Of a stretch of 52,579 nucleotides of DNA, positions 1 to 8,758 are shown in pieces. Under the pieces are notes generated by a model. The model ran no database searches, was not told the DNA's origin, and worked only from the letters and a program-made list of their open reading frames with translations. The stretch spans positions 1-52,579 of the forward strand of contig CAMDFP010000003.1 in assembly GCA_945897335.1 (NCBI GenBank). Reading direction: 5' to 3'. This DNA is from Asaia bogorensis (GTDB lineage: Bacteria; Pseudomonadota; Alphaproteobacteria; SHVZ01). Made by a program: the position numbers and the translations under genes. Each line of letters starts with the position of its first letter. Positions within the stretch are counted from its first letter, which is position 1.

Positions 1-1542
1 TATCCGGAATACGCCTGCATCCTCCACGCGGCGCGACTGCTCGGCCGCCCGGTGAAGTGGACCGACGACCGCTCGGAGAGTTTCCTCTCCGATTGCCACG
101 GCCGCGACCACGATTTCGAGGGCGAGCTCGCCCTCGACAAGGATGGCCGCTTCCTCGCCGTGCGCTTCACCGGCTTCGCCAACATGGGCGCCGTCCTCAA
201 CACGGCCGGTCCGCTGATGTCGACGACCAACATCGTCAAGAACTCGGTCGGCGTCTATCGCACGCCCCTGATCGAGGTCTCGACCAAGTGCGTCATGACC
301 AACACGGTGCCGATCAACGCCTATCGCGGTGCCGGGCGCCCGGAAGGCAACTACTTCATGGAGCGGCTTGTCTCCGCCGCCGCCGCCGAGATGGGGATCG
401 ACCAGGCGGAGATCCGCCGGCGCAACCACATCCGCCCCGAGGAGATGCCCTACAGCGCCCCCTCGGGCATGGTCTATGACTCGGGCGACTTCACCAACCT
501 GCTCGGCAAGGCGCTGGCCGCCGCCGACTGGGATGGATTTCCCAAGCGCAAGGCCGAGAGCAAGGCCAAGGGCAAGCTCCGCGGCCGCGGCATCGGCGAC
601 TATCTGGAAGTCACCGCGCCGCAGGGCAAGGAGATGGGCGGCCTCCGTTTCGAGGCCAACGGCGATGTCACCATCGTCACCGGCACGCTCGACTACGGCC
701 AGGGCCATTGGTCGCCTTTCGCCCAGGTGCTGGTCGACAAGCTCGGCATCCCCTTCGAGAAGATCAAGCTGCACCAGAACGACTCCGACCAGCTGATCGC
801 CGGCGGCGGCACCGGCGGCTCGCGCTCGGCCATGGCCAGCGGCGGCGCCATCATCGAGGCCGGCGACAAGGTGATCGAGAACGGCAAGCAGATCGCGGCG
901 CATGTGCTGGAGGCAGCGGCCGCCGACATCGAGTTCGCCAAGGGCAGCTTCGTCATCGCCGGCACTGATCGGTCGATCGGCATCATGGACCTGGCGGCGA
1001 AGCTCCGCTCCGGCATCAAGCTGCCCGACGGCATGCCGCGGTCCCTCGACGTCAGCTTGGTCCATGACACTGCGCCCTCGGCCTTCCCGAACGGCTGCCA
1101 TGTCTGCGAGGTCGAGATCGATCCGGAGACCGGCGTCACCTCGGTTGTGAAGTATTCGATGGTCAACGACTTCGGCACGCTCTTGAACCCGATGATGGTC
1201 GAGGGCCAGGCCCATGGCGGCGTCGTCCAGGGCATCGGCCAGGCGCTCCTGGAGCGGACGGTATTCGACGCCGACGGCCAGTTCCTGACCGGTTCCTACA
1301 TGGACTACGCCATGCCGCGGGCGGCCGACACGCCCGCCTTCGCGTTCGCCAGCCACCCGGTGCCGGCGACGACCAATGCGCTCGGCGCCAAAGGCTGCGG
1401 CGAGGCCGGCTGTGCCGGCTCGCTGCCGGCGGTAATGAACGCGGTCGTCGACGCGCTCCGCGACCTCGGTATCACACAGATGGACATGCCGGCGACGCCC
1501 GAGCGGGTGTGGAAGGCGATCCAGGGGGCGAAACGCGCCTGA
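1..1542 (+). CDS. Xanthine dehydrogenase family molybdopterin-binding large subunit (CoxL/CutL-like, form II-type motif), 5' truncated by the window edge
   Basis: Frame is open from base 1 (YPEY..LGRPVKW). Motifs [50 protein letters not shown]. Confidence 0.92.
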   Translation, partial: YPEYACILHAARLLGRPVKWTDDRSESFLSDCHGRDHDFEGELALDKDGRFLAVRFTGFANMGAVLNTAGPLMSTTNIVKNSVGVYRTPLIEVSTKCVMTNTVPINAYRGAGRPEGNYFMERLVSAAAAEMGIDQAEIRRRNHIRPEEMPYSAPSGMVYDSGDFTNLLGKALAAADWDGFPKRKAESKAKGKLRGRGIGDYLEVTAPQGKEMGGLRFEANGDVTIVTGTLDYGQGHWSPFAQVLVDKLGIPFEKIKLHQNDSDQLIAGGGTGGSRSAMASGGAIIEAGDKVIENGKQIAAHVLEAAAADIEFAKGSFVIAGTDRSIGIMDLAAKLRSGIKLPDGMPRSLDVSLVHDTAPSAFPNGCHVCEVEIDPETGVTSVVKYSMVNDFGTLLNPMMVEGQAHGGVVQGIGQALLERTVFDADGQFLTGSYMDYAMPRAADTPAFAFASHPVPATTNALGAKGCGEAGCAGSLPAVMNAVVDALRDLGITQMDMPATPERVWKAIQGAKRA

Positions 1543-1594
1543 GCGAAGGGCGCCGATTTCACCATTCAGGTGGATGAACTCGGCGCCGAAGGGC

Positions 1595-1603
1595 GCTATA
1601 ATC
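1595..1603 (+). promoter_or_regulatory. Candidate sigma70 -10 element GCTATAATC
   Basis: TATAAT at 1597-1602 in otherwise GC-rich DNA, about 9 nt before ATG 1612. No convincing -35 seen. Confidence 0.35.
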
Positions 1604-1611
1604 CAGAAATC

Positions 1612-1962
1612 ATGGAGCGGACAGGCCGATTGCAGGAGCTTGCCGAGACCCTTCGTCGTTGGGGAAAGCTCCCGACGCTGCGGGCGGTGTTGCCGCTGTT
1701 TCTCGTCTGCCTGCTCGGTCCTCTCGGCGAGATCGCCGACGTGGCGCTGGTCTCCGAGCTCGAGGTCGAGTTGCTCGCAAGCGATCTCGGCGCCGAGATG
1801 GTGGCGACCATCTTCCTCTCGGGATATCAGCTCCTGATGCTCCTGATGGCCGGCGCCTTGCTCCTGAGGGGCGTTGGAACCATCAGCGGCGAGGGCCCAT
1901 TGCCGCTGCGCGTGCTGGTCTCGTGCCAGCCGCGGCCCTTGGCCAAGATCCCGATAGGCTGA
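1612..1962 (+). CDS. Small hypothetical membrane protein upstream of terC (possible leader ORF; alternative GTG start at 1570)
   Basis: ORF fills the coxL-terC gap and has two hydrophobic segments (AVLPLFLVCLLGPL; IFLSGYQLLMLLMAGALLL). No family recognised. Confidence 0.5.
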   Translation: MERTGRLQELAETLRRWGKLPTLRAVLPLFLVCLLGPLGEIADVALVSELEVELLASDLGAEMVATIFLSGYQLLMLLMAGALLLRGVGTISGEGPLPLRVLVSCQPRPLAKIPIG

Positions 1963-1982
1963 CTCCGATCGTCGTCTGAACC

Positions 1983-2034
1983 GCCGCCGCCGTGGTTTTC
2001 ACCACGGCGCGGCTTGTAGTTCTCCGATCTGGAG
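1983..2034 (+). promoter_or_regulatory. Leader hairpins in front of terC, one pairing with the Shine-Dalgarno
   Basis: Perfect 9-bp stem CGCCGTGGT(1988-1996)-TTTC-ACCACGGCG(2001-2009). CTCC(2022-2025) can pair with the GGAG SD (2031-2034). Confidence 0.4.
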
Positions 2035-2042
2035 TTACGTCC

Positions 2043-2954
2043 ATGGAATTCATGTCCGCGGGCTTTCTGTCCGCGTTGCTCGTCATCATCATCATCGACC
2101 TCGTGCTCGCCGGCGACAATGCGCTGGTCATCGGCCTCGCTGCCCGCAACGTGCCGAAGGACCGGCAGAAGACGGTCATCATGTGGGGGACCGTCGGCGC
2201 CATCGTCGTCCGTGCCGTCATGACTCTCGGCGTCTTCTGGCTGTTGAAGATTCCCGGGTTGTCTCTGGCCGGCGGCCTCGCGCTGATCTGGATTGCCCGC
2301 AAGCTCCTGGTTCCCGGAGAAGGTCAGGCCGGCGGGCACGGCAAGACCGTCGCCACCTCGGTCAGTGCCGCGATCCGCACCATCATCATCGCCGACGCGG
2401 TCATGGGCGTCGACAATGCGCTGGCGATCGGAGCGGCCGCCCAGGAGAGCGTGGCGCTGATCGTGATCGGACTCATCATCACCGTCCCGATCATCGTCTG
2501 GGGCAGCCGGGTGGTCCTGGCGATGGTCGGGCGCTTTCCTTCGATCATCCTCATCGGTGGCGGCGTGCTGGGCTGGACGGCGGCCAAGATGATCCTCGCC
2601 GAGCCGCTGCTGCAGGGGATCATGGTCCGCGGTCATGCGGTCGAGGGAGCACTGACGCTGGCCGTGCTCACCATCTCGGTCCTGCCCTGGTTCCAGGACC
2701 GGACCAAGCCCGAGGCGCGGCTGCTGCTGATGGCGCTGCCCTTCCCGCTGTTCTGGCTGGTCGGCTTCGAGGTCGCGGCCGAGCAGTGGGGATGGCATGT
2801 CAGCTACCTCGAGGTGCAGAGCCTGAAGGATGGCTTCATTCAGCTTCTGCGGCTGACCGGCTGGCTGCCCGTGACGGTCCTCGGCCTCTGGATCGTCGAC
2901 CGGCGATCCCGGTGGGCGAAGCAAGGGGCTGCTGCAGCCCGTCTGGCCGGCTAA
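2043..2954 (+). CDS. TerC/YjbE family membrane protein (putative metal transport) with C-terminal membrane extension
   Basis: Motifs IDLVLAGDNALVIGLAARN and IIIADAVMGVDNALAIGAAA. GGAG SD 8 nt before ATG 2043. Confidence 0.9.
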   Translation: MEFMSAGFLSALLVIIIIDLVLAGDNALVIGLAARNVPKDRQKTVIMWGTVGAIVVRAVMTLGVFWLLKIPGLSLAGGLALIWIARKLLVPGEGQAGGHGKTVATSVSAAIRTIIIADAVMGVDNALAIGAAAQESVALIVIGLIITVPIIVWGSRVVLAMVGRFPSIILIGGGVLGWTAAKMILAEPLLQGIMVRGHAVEGALTLAVLTISVLPWFQDRTKPEARLLLMALPFPLFWLVGFEVAAEQWGWHVSYLEVQSLKDGFIQLLRLTGWLPVTVLGLWIVDRRSRWAKQGAAAARLAG

Positions 2955-3017
2955 GGAGCCTTGGCGGAGCGTGGCGGCTGTGCTTTCTTCGCTTTCCAAT
3001 CAGAAACGGAGATTCAC

Positions 3018-4613
3018 ATGCTTGCACGCTCCGCCGCCCGGCTCGCCGCCGCCGCGATCGTCGCGGTGCCGCTCGCAGCACTCGCCAAGACACCGGCCGA
3101 TACCCTGGTGATGGCCTGGGCGCTGGATCCCGTCATCGGCATGGATCCCGGTCAGGTCGCCGAGTTCAACGCCAACGAGTTCCTCAACAACATCTGCGAT
3201 CCGCTGGTCTTCCAGGACTACACCGATCCGTCGAAGCTGGTGCCCGGCATCGCCGAGAGCTGGCAGGCCTCGGCCGATGGCAGCACCATCACTTTCAAGA
3301 TCCGCGCCGGCGCAAAGCATCCGTCCGGCAACCCGGTGACCGCCAAGGACGCCGAGTGGTCGATCCGCCGCATCATGGCGATCAACTTCGCCCCTGCCGG
3401 CACGCTCCGCCAGTGGGGCTATACCCAGGACGGCTTCGACAAGATGGTCGAGGCGACCGACGACCGCACGCTGGTCGTGCGCCTGCCGAAACCCTATCCG
3501 ACGGACCTTGCCATCTCGGCTCTCTTCACCGGCGGCATGGGCATGGTGCTCGACTCCGTCGAGGCGAAGAAGAACGTCAAGGGCGACGACCACGCCAACG
3601 GCTGGCTCAAGACCAACACCGCCTGTGTCGGCGCCTACAAGATGCGCAGCTGGGCCGCAAACGACACGATGATCCTCGAGCGCAACGACGGCTATTGGCG
3701 GGGCGAGCCGAAGCTGAGGCGCGTCATCATCCGCCATGTGCCGGAGTCGGGTGCGCAGCGGCTGATGCTGGAGAAGGGCGATGCGGACATCGCCCGCATC
3801 CTCAACTCCCAGGATCTCGAAGGGGCGCTGAAGCACCCCGACGTGCAGCAGTTCCAGGTGCCGCTGCATCACTTCTGGTATTTGGCGATGAATGCCTCGG
3901 ACCCGATCCTCGGCAATGTGAAGGTGCGTCAGGCCTTCAAGCACCTCATCAACAATGACGAGCTCGAGAAGACCCTGATGAAGGACCGCGGCACGGCGCG
4001 CCAGAGCGTCGTGCCGATCGGCGCCTTCGGGGCCTTGTCCAAGGCCGACGGCCTGCCGTTCAAGCCGGATGTCGAGGCGGCGAAGAAGCTACTGGCCGAG
4101 GCGGGATATCCCAACGGTTTCGCCCTCAAGCTGATCCATACATCGAACTCGCCGCAGCTCGAGCTCGGCCAGTACATCCAGGGCCAGGCCGCCAAAGCCG
4201 GCATCAAGATCGAGATCGAGGCCGGCGCCGGTGCCGTGACCATCACTCGCAGCCGCGCGCGTGACTACCAGCTGGTGCTGACCGGCTGGGCCGCGGGATA
4301 TCCGGATGCGGATGCCATGGTCTCGCTCTTTGCGGTCAATCCCGACAACCGCAAGGAAGCGAACCTGGTGGGCTATCCGTCGTGGATCTCGGCCTGGGCC
4401 GACCCGCAGCTCAACATGCTCGCTGACCAGGCGCGGATGGAGCGGGATCCTGCCAAGCGCGCTGATCTCTACAGGCAGATCCAGGTGAAGCATATGTCCG
4501 AAGGACCGCATGCCTTCATCACCCAGTCGGTGAGCAACCTCGCCGCCAACCGGCAGCTTAAGGACATCAAGCAGAACGGGTTCCGCGTCTGGTACTCGAC
4601 GGCTACGAAATAG
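3018..4613 (+). CDS. ABC transporter substrate-binding protein, family 5 (peptide/nickel; DppA/DdpA-like)
   Basis: Signal peptide (..AALA|K). Motifs PGIAESW, FKIRAGAKH.SGNPVTAKD, VRQAFKHLIN, AKKLLAEAGYPNGF. SD GGAG upstream. Confidence 0.92.
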   Translation: MLARSAARLAAAAIVAVPLAALAKTPADTLVMAWALDPVIGMDPGQVAEFNANEFLNNICDPLVFQDYTDPSKLVPGIAESWQASADGSTITFKIRAGAKHPSGNPVTAKDAEWSIRRIMAINFAPAGTLRQWGYTQDGFDKMVEATDDRTLVVRLPKPYPTDLAISALFTGGMGMVLDSVEAKKNVKGDDHANGWLKTNTACVGAYKMRSWAANDTMILERNDGYWRGEPKLRRVIIRHVPESGAQRLMLEKGDADIARILNSQDLEGALKHPDVQQFQVPLHHFWYLAMNASDPILGNVKVRQAFKHLINNDELEKTLMKDRGTARQSVVPIGAFGALSKADGLPFKPDVEAAKKLLAEAGYPNGFALKLIHTSNSPQLELGQYIQGQAAKAGIKIEIEAGAGAVTITRSRARDYQLVLTGWAAGYPDADAMVSLFAVNPDNRKEANLVGYPSWISAWADPQLNMLADQARMERDPAKRADLYRQIQVKHMSEGPHAFITQSVSNLAANRQLKDIKQNGFRVWYSTATK

Positions 4614-4639
4614 ATTCAATCCTCACGTCACCCCGTAGC

Positions 4640-4669
4640 CCCTCCTCCGCATCGTCGCGCGGGGGAGGG
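4640..4669 (+). terminator. GC-rich stem-loop after the SBP gene
   Basis: CCCTCCTCCGC pairs with GCGGGGGAGGG (one G-U). No strong U-tract. Confidence 0.35.
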
Positions 4670-4690
4670 AGCCGGCTCATCTCATTGCTC

Positions 4691-5476
4691 ATGAAGAAGT
4701 CAGACATCGAAGCCGCGCTCGCGCTGGCGATCCGGGCGGCCGAAACGCCGTCCCGAAATCTGGCGGCTGCGTTTCGCTCAGGTACGGTCCGTGCTCGGCT
4801 GAAGCCCGACCGCTCGTTCGTCACCAAGCACGATCTTGCCGCCGAAACTGTGATCCGGGGCGTGTTGAGCGCCGATCGCCGCTTCGGTGGCTTCGACATC
4901 GAGGGCGAGGAGACGGGTCGCGACGGCCGGGCGAGCGAGTATCGCTGGCTGGTCGATCCGATCGACGGCACCACCAGCTTCATTCGCGGCATACCCACTT
5001 TTGGCACGATCATCGCGCTCGAGGAGGCGGAGACACGGCGGGCCATCCTCGGGGTGATCCACCTGCCGATGCAGATCGAGACCTATGCCGCCGGCCGCGG
5101 CCTCGGCACCTGGAGTGGGACCAAGCGCATTAAGGCCTCCCGATGCCGCTCGCTTGCCGAGGCGATGGTTTCGACGCCGGACGCGCAGTGGTTTCACGTC
5201 ACGCGGATGGAAGCGGGATACCGCCGGCTGCGCGAGCGCTGTCCGCAGCTTCGCGGCTACGCCGACTGCTGGGCGCATACGCTGGCGGTGAGGGGGGCGA
5301 TCGATGCGGTGGTCGAGCCGTACAACAACGCCTGGGACATAAGGGCGACGGAGGTCCTGATCGCCGAGGCCGGTGGCGAGTGCCGGCTCCGCGCGGTGGT
5401 CGGCGGCAAGTTCACGGCCGCACTCTTCGGTTGTAAGGCGGTCGTCGAGCAGATCGCGGACGTCACCGGATTCTGA
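4691..5476 (+). CDS. Inositol monophosphatase family protein (HisN/IMPase-like)
   Basis: Motifs K.D.SFVTKHDLAAE, GEE, WLVDPIDGTTSFIRG, WD. Confidence 0.88.
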   Translation: MKKSDIEAALALAIRAAETPSRNLAAAFRSGTVRARLKPDRSFVTKHDLAAETVIRGVLSADRRFGGFDIEGEETGRDGRASEYRWLVDPIDGTTSFIRGIPTFGTIIALEEAETRRAILGVIHLPMQIETYAAGRGLGTWSGTKRIKASRCRSLAEAMVSTPDAQWFHVTRMEAGYRRLRERCPQLRGYADCWAHTLAVRGAIDAVVEPYNNAWDIRATEVLIAEAGGECRLRAVVGGKFTAALFGCKAVVEQIADVTGF

Positions 5477-5631
5477 TCCGTCTGCGGCCGGAACGGCCGC
5501 GCACGATTGGACAATTTTCACGGTTCTGCGGCGCAAAGGTGAATATCGCCGGATCGATATTGCCAGCCGGGTGGACTCGACAGATAGTCGCAACCCCGCC
5601 GTGCAGGCATCTCCTCAAAGCGAGTCCGTCC

Positions 5632-6804
5632 ATGACCGTCATGCGTGGCCGTCAGTTCTTCCAGAACCCCGGTCCGACCAACATTCCCGACCGCATCCTG
5701 CGGGCGATGGACCGCGCCTCGATGGATTTCATGGGCAAGGAGTTCGCCGGCATCGCCGAGTTCTGCTTCGCCGGCCTGAAGCGCGTCTTCAAGACCGAGC
5801 AGACGATGTTCGTCTACGCCTCCAACGGCCACGGCGCCTGGGAGGCGGCGGTGGTCAACCTGTTCTCGCCCGGCGACAAGGTGCTGGTTCTGGAGACGGG
5901 GCGCTTCTCGGCATCCTGGGGCGAGATGGCGACCGCCTACGGCATCGAGGTCGAGACGCTGCCCTTCGACTGGCGCGTCGGCGTCGATCCCGCCAAGGTC
6001 GAGGAACGGCTCAAGGCCGACACCGCCCGTGACATTCGCGGCATCCTCCTGGTGCACAACGAGACGGCGACCGGCGTCGCCCATCCCGTCGCCGAGGTCA
6101 GGAAGGCGATCGACCGCGCCGGCCATCCGGGCCTTTTCCTTTCCGACACCATCTCCTCGCTCGCCTCCATCGACTTCCGCATGGACGAGTGGAAGGTCGA
6201 CGTCGCCGTCGGCGGCTCGCAGAAGGGACTGATGCTGCCGATCGGCATGGGTTTCACCGGGGTCAGCAAGAAGGCGCTGGATGCGACCCAGTCGGCCCGC
6301 CTGCCGCGAGCGTATTTCGACTGGCGCCTGATGCTGGGCCGTCAACCGCAGAAGTTTCCCGGCACCGCGCCAGTGCATCACTTCTACGGCCTCGCTGAGG
6401 CGATCAAGATGCTGGACGAAGAAGGTCTCGATCAGGTCTTCGCCCGCCACGCGCGCTTGGCAGAGGCGACCCGCCGGGCGGTCCGAGTCTGGGGCGAAGG
6501 GGGCCACATGCAGCTCTTCGGCACCGACCCGAAACTGCTGTCCAACTCGGTCACCGCCGTCTTGATGCCGCCCGGCATCGATGCCGAGCGGGTCCGGCAG
6601 ACCGCGCTCGATCGCTACAACGTCTCGCTCGGCGGCGGCCTCGACAACCTCAAGGGCAAGGTCTTCCGCATCGGCCACATGGGTGATCTCAACGAGCCGA
6701 TGCTGCTGGGCGCGCTTGCCGCCGTCGAGATGTCGTTCAAGACCGCCGGCATCCCCCACACCAAGGGCGGCGTCGACGCGGCGATGGCGTATCTTTCCTA
6801 CTGA
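5632..6804 (+). CDS. Class V PLP-dependent aminotransferase, serine/alanine--glyoxylate transaminase-like
   Basis: Motifs GRQFFQNPGPTNIPDRILRAM, HNETATGV, DTISSLAS, GGSQKGLM (PLP Lys), FRIGHMG. Confidence 0.9.
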   Translation: MTVMRGRQFFQNPGPTNIPDRILRAMDRASMDFMGKEFAGIAEFCFAGLKRVFKTEQTMFVYASNGHGAWEAAVVNLFSPGDKVLVLETGRFSASWGEMATAYGIEVETLPFDWRVGVDPAKVEERLKADTARDIRGILLVHNETATGVAHPVAEVRKAIDRAGHPGLFLSDTISSLASIDFRMDEWKVDVAVGGSQKGLMLPIGMGFTGVSKKALDATQSARLPRAYFDWRLMLGRQPQKFPGTAPVHHFYGLAEAIKMLDEEGLDQVFARHARLAEATRRAVRVWGEGGHMQLFGTDPKLLSNSVTAVLMPPGIDAERVRQTALDRYNVSLGGGLDNLKGKVFRIGHMGDLNEPMLLGALAAVEMSFKTAGIPHTKGGVDAAMAYLSY

Positions 6805-7490
6805 TGAACATCACCTCCGCGCCCGACCTCGTCATCTTCGACTGCGATGGCGTGCTGATCGACAGCGAGATCCTCTATTGCCGGATCGACGCGGAGGAGT
6901 TCACGCGGGCGGGATATGCGATCACGCCGGCCGAAGTCGCCCGCAAGTTCGTCGGCATCAGCTACGACACCATGCTGAAGATCATCGCCGAAGAACGCGG
7001 CCAGCCGCTGCCGGACGAGGTGACGATCCGGGTCAACGAGCGGGTGGCCGAAGTCGTCCCCGCCGAGCTGAAGGCAGTGAAAGGTATCGCCGGGCTCCTC
7101 GACCGGATCGGCATTCCGGTCTGCGTGGCGTCCAACACGGGAACCGAGCGGCTCCGCTGGAATCTCGAAGTCGCAGGTCTGCTCGCGCGCTTCGACCCCC
7201 ATGTCTACAGTGCCAAGATGGTGGCAAGGGGCAAGCCGGCCCCCGACCTCTTCCTGCACGCCGCCAGGCAGTTCGATGTCCGGCCCGAAAGATGCCTGGT
7301 GATCGAGGACTCGACGGTCGGCGTCGGCGCGGCCGTTGCCGCCGGCATGCCGGTGCTGGGCTTCATTGCCGGCGAGCATTGCTGGCCGGAGCTCGAAGGC
7401 CAGCTTCGCGCCGCCGGCGCCTTCGATGTCGCCTCCACCTCGGAGCATATCGACGAGATCCTGTCGAAAGCGGCTATCGCCACGCCGTAA
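6804..7490 (+). CDS. HAD family hydrolase (phosphatase, subfamily IA variant 3-like)
   Basis: Motifs FDCDGVLIDSE, ASN, GKPAPDLFL, IEDS..GV.AAVAAGM. TGATG coupling to the upstream gene. Confidence 0.92.
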   Translation: MNITSAPDLVIFDCDGVLIDSEILYCRIDAEEFTRAGYAITPAEVARKFVGISYDTMLKIIAEERGQPLPDEVTIRVNERVAEVVPAELKAVKGIAGLLDRIGIPVCVASNTGTERLRWNLEVAGLLARFDPHVYSAKMVARGKPAPDLFLHAARQFDVRPERCLVIEDSTVGVGAAVAAGMPVLGFIAGEHCWPELEGQLRAAGAFDVASTSEHIDEILSKAAIATP

Positions 7491-7532
7491 TGCCGTTTGC
7501 GCCCGGCGGGCGACGGTCCTAGCCTGGAGTGC

Positions 7533-8714
7533 ATGATCGAGCCGTCCGGCCAGACCCAGCGGATCGACGACGAGGAGCTGCGGAAGCTCATTTCCGGGCT
7601 CCGTATCGGGACCGTTCGTCAGCTCCCTGATCTCACCGGCATCAACTTTTCCGGCCTCGATCTCGAAGGCTTGCCGCTTCGGAAGGTCTGCCTTCGCAAT
7701 GCGAACCTGAGGGGCACGCGCTTCGTCCGCGCCAATCTCAGCGAAGCCGATCTATCCGGCGCCGATCTCACCGACGCGGACCTGACCGGCGCCGACCTGA
7801 CGAAGTCGGTTCTCCGCGGCACGCTTCTCCGGAAAGCCAATCTCAACCGATGCCTCCTGACCGGCGCTGACCTGCGCGCCGGCGGCGCGGCGGGTAAGGC
7901 CAGGGACGGCGTCGTCGGTACCGCGACCGATCTTTCCGGCTGCTTCCTGGAGAACGCCGACGCCTCAATGGCGGTGATGTCCGGCGTCGACCTGACCGGC
8001 GCCAGCCTGGTGGGGGCGGACCTCACCGGCGTCGAACTGCTGGGCGCCAACCTGACCGGAGCCAACCTGTCGCATACCGATCTCCGGGGTGCCAACCTGG
8101 CCGATGCCAGGCTGGGGGCAGCGATCTTCGTCGGTTCGGATCTGCGCGGTGCCAGGCTCAGCAACGCCAAGGGCAAGGGCGCGACCTTCGTCGGCGCCAA
8201 GATGGAAGGAGTCGAGCTCGGCGGCTCCGACAGCGCGGGCTGGCGGATCGACGAAAAGATCCCGATCGTCGGGCCAGGGCGGTTTCCGAACGAGATCCTG
8301 GTGGCGCTTGATCATCATCAGGCGTGGCTGGCCTCGGAGGGAGCGAGAGGCGCCCGGGCGGTCCTGCACGGCGCCGACCTCGGCTACTTCGACCTCTCGG
8401 GTCGTGACCTCACCGGTGTCGATCTCTCCGGATCTCGGCTCCTCGGGGCGCGGCTACGAGGAACGAAGCTCGTTCTGGCGACGCTTACACGCTGCAACCT
8501 CACCGCGGCCGATCTCGCCGGTGCGGATCTTACCGGCACTCTGCTCGCCGGCGCCGTCCTCCGCCGCGCCAGCCTCGCTCATGCCCGGGTAGGCTCGGTT
8601 CGCATCCCCGTAGCCTCCGGCGGCGGCCGCGACCAGGCGACGGTGCTGATCGGTGCCGACATCAAGAGCGCCGACCTTCGCGGCATCGACCTCGCCAAGT
8701 GCGTGCTCGAATAG
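7533..8714 (+). CDS. Pentapeptide repeat-containing protein
   Basis: Dozens of A(D/N)LxG/A pentapeptides in several blocks; internal HQAWLASEGARGARA motif. SD GGAG before ATG 7533. Confidence 0.9.
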   Translation: MIEPSGQTQRIDDEELRKLISGLRIGTVRQLPDLTGINFSGLDLEGLPLRKVCLRNANLRGTRFVRANLSEADLSGADLTDADLTGADLTKSVLRGTLLRKANLNRCLLTGADLRAGGAAGKARDGVVGTATDLSGCFLENADASMAVMSGVDLTGASLVGADLTGVELLGANLTGANLSHTDLRGANLADARLGAAIFVGSDLRGARLSNAKGKGATFVGAKMEGVELGGSDSAGWRIDEKIPIVGPGRFPNEILVALDHHQAWLASEGARGARAVLHGADLGYFDLSGRDLTGVDLSGSRLLGARLRGTKLVLATLTRCNLTAADLAGADLTGTLLAGAVLRRASLAHARVGSVRIPVASGGGRDQATVLIGADIKSADLRGIDLAKCVLE

Positions 8715-8758
8715 CGACGCCACGGCCCCGCATCGTTCTGAGATAGAGTCGGGGCGCA

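Noticed and set aside
1-1542. Aerobic CO dehydrogenase (form I coxL)
   Set aside because: The active-site loop is AYRGAGR, not the form I AYxCSFR, so the substrate cannot be assigned.
1963-2042. yybP-ykoY manganese riboswitch before terC
   Set aside because: The spacer is only 80 nt and I could not recognise the conserved riboswitch core by eye. An Infernal scan would be needed to exclude it.
5632-7490. phnW-phnX 2-aminoethylphosphonate pathway
   Set aside because: The aminotransferase has a serine-glyoxylate-type N-terminus, and the HAD has DCDG rather than the phosphonatase DWAG motif.
7640-8700. Periodic DNA repeats that might be a CRISPR array or VNTR
   Set aside because: The 15-nt periodicity is explained by pentapeptide coding; there are no identical repeats with unique spacers.
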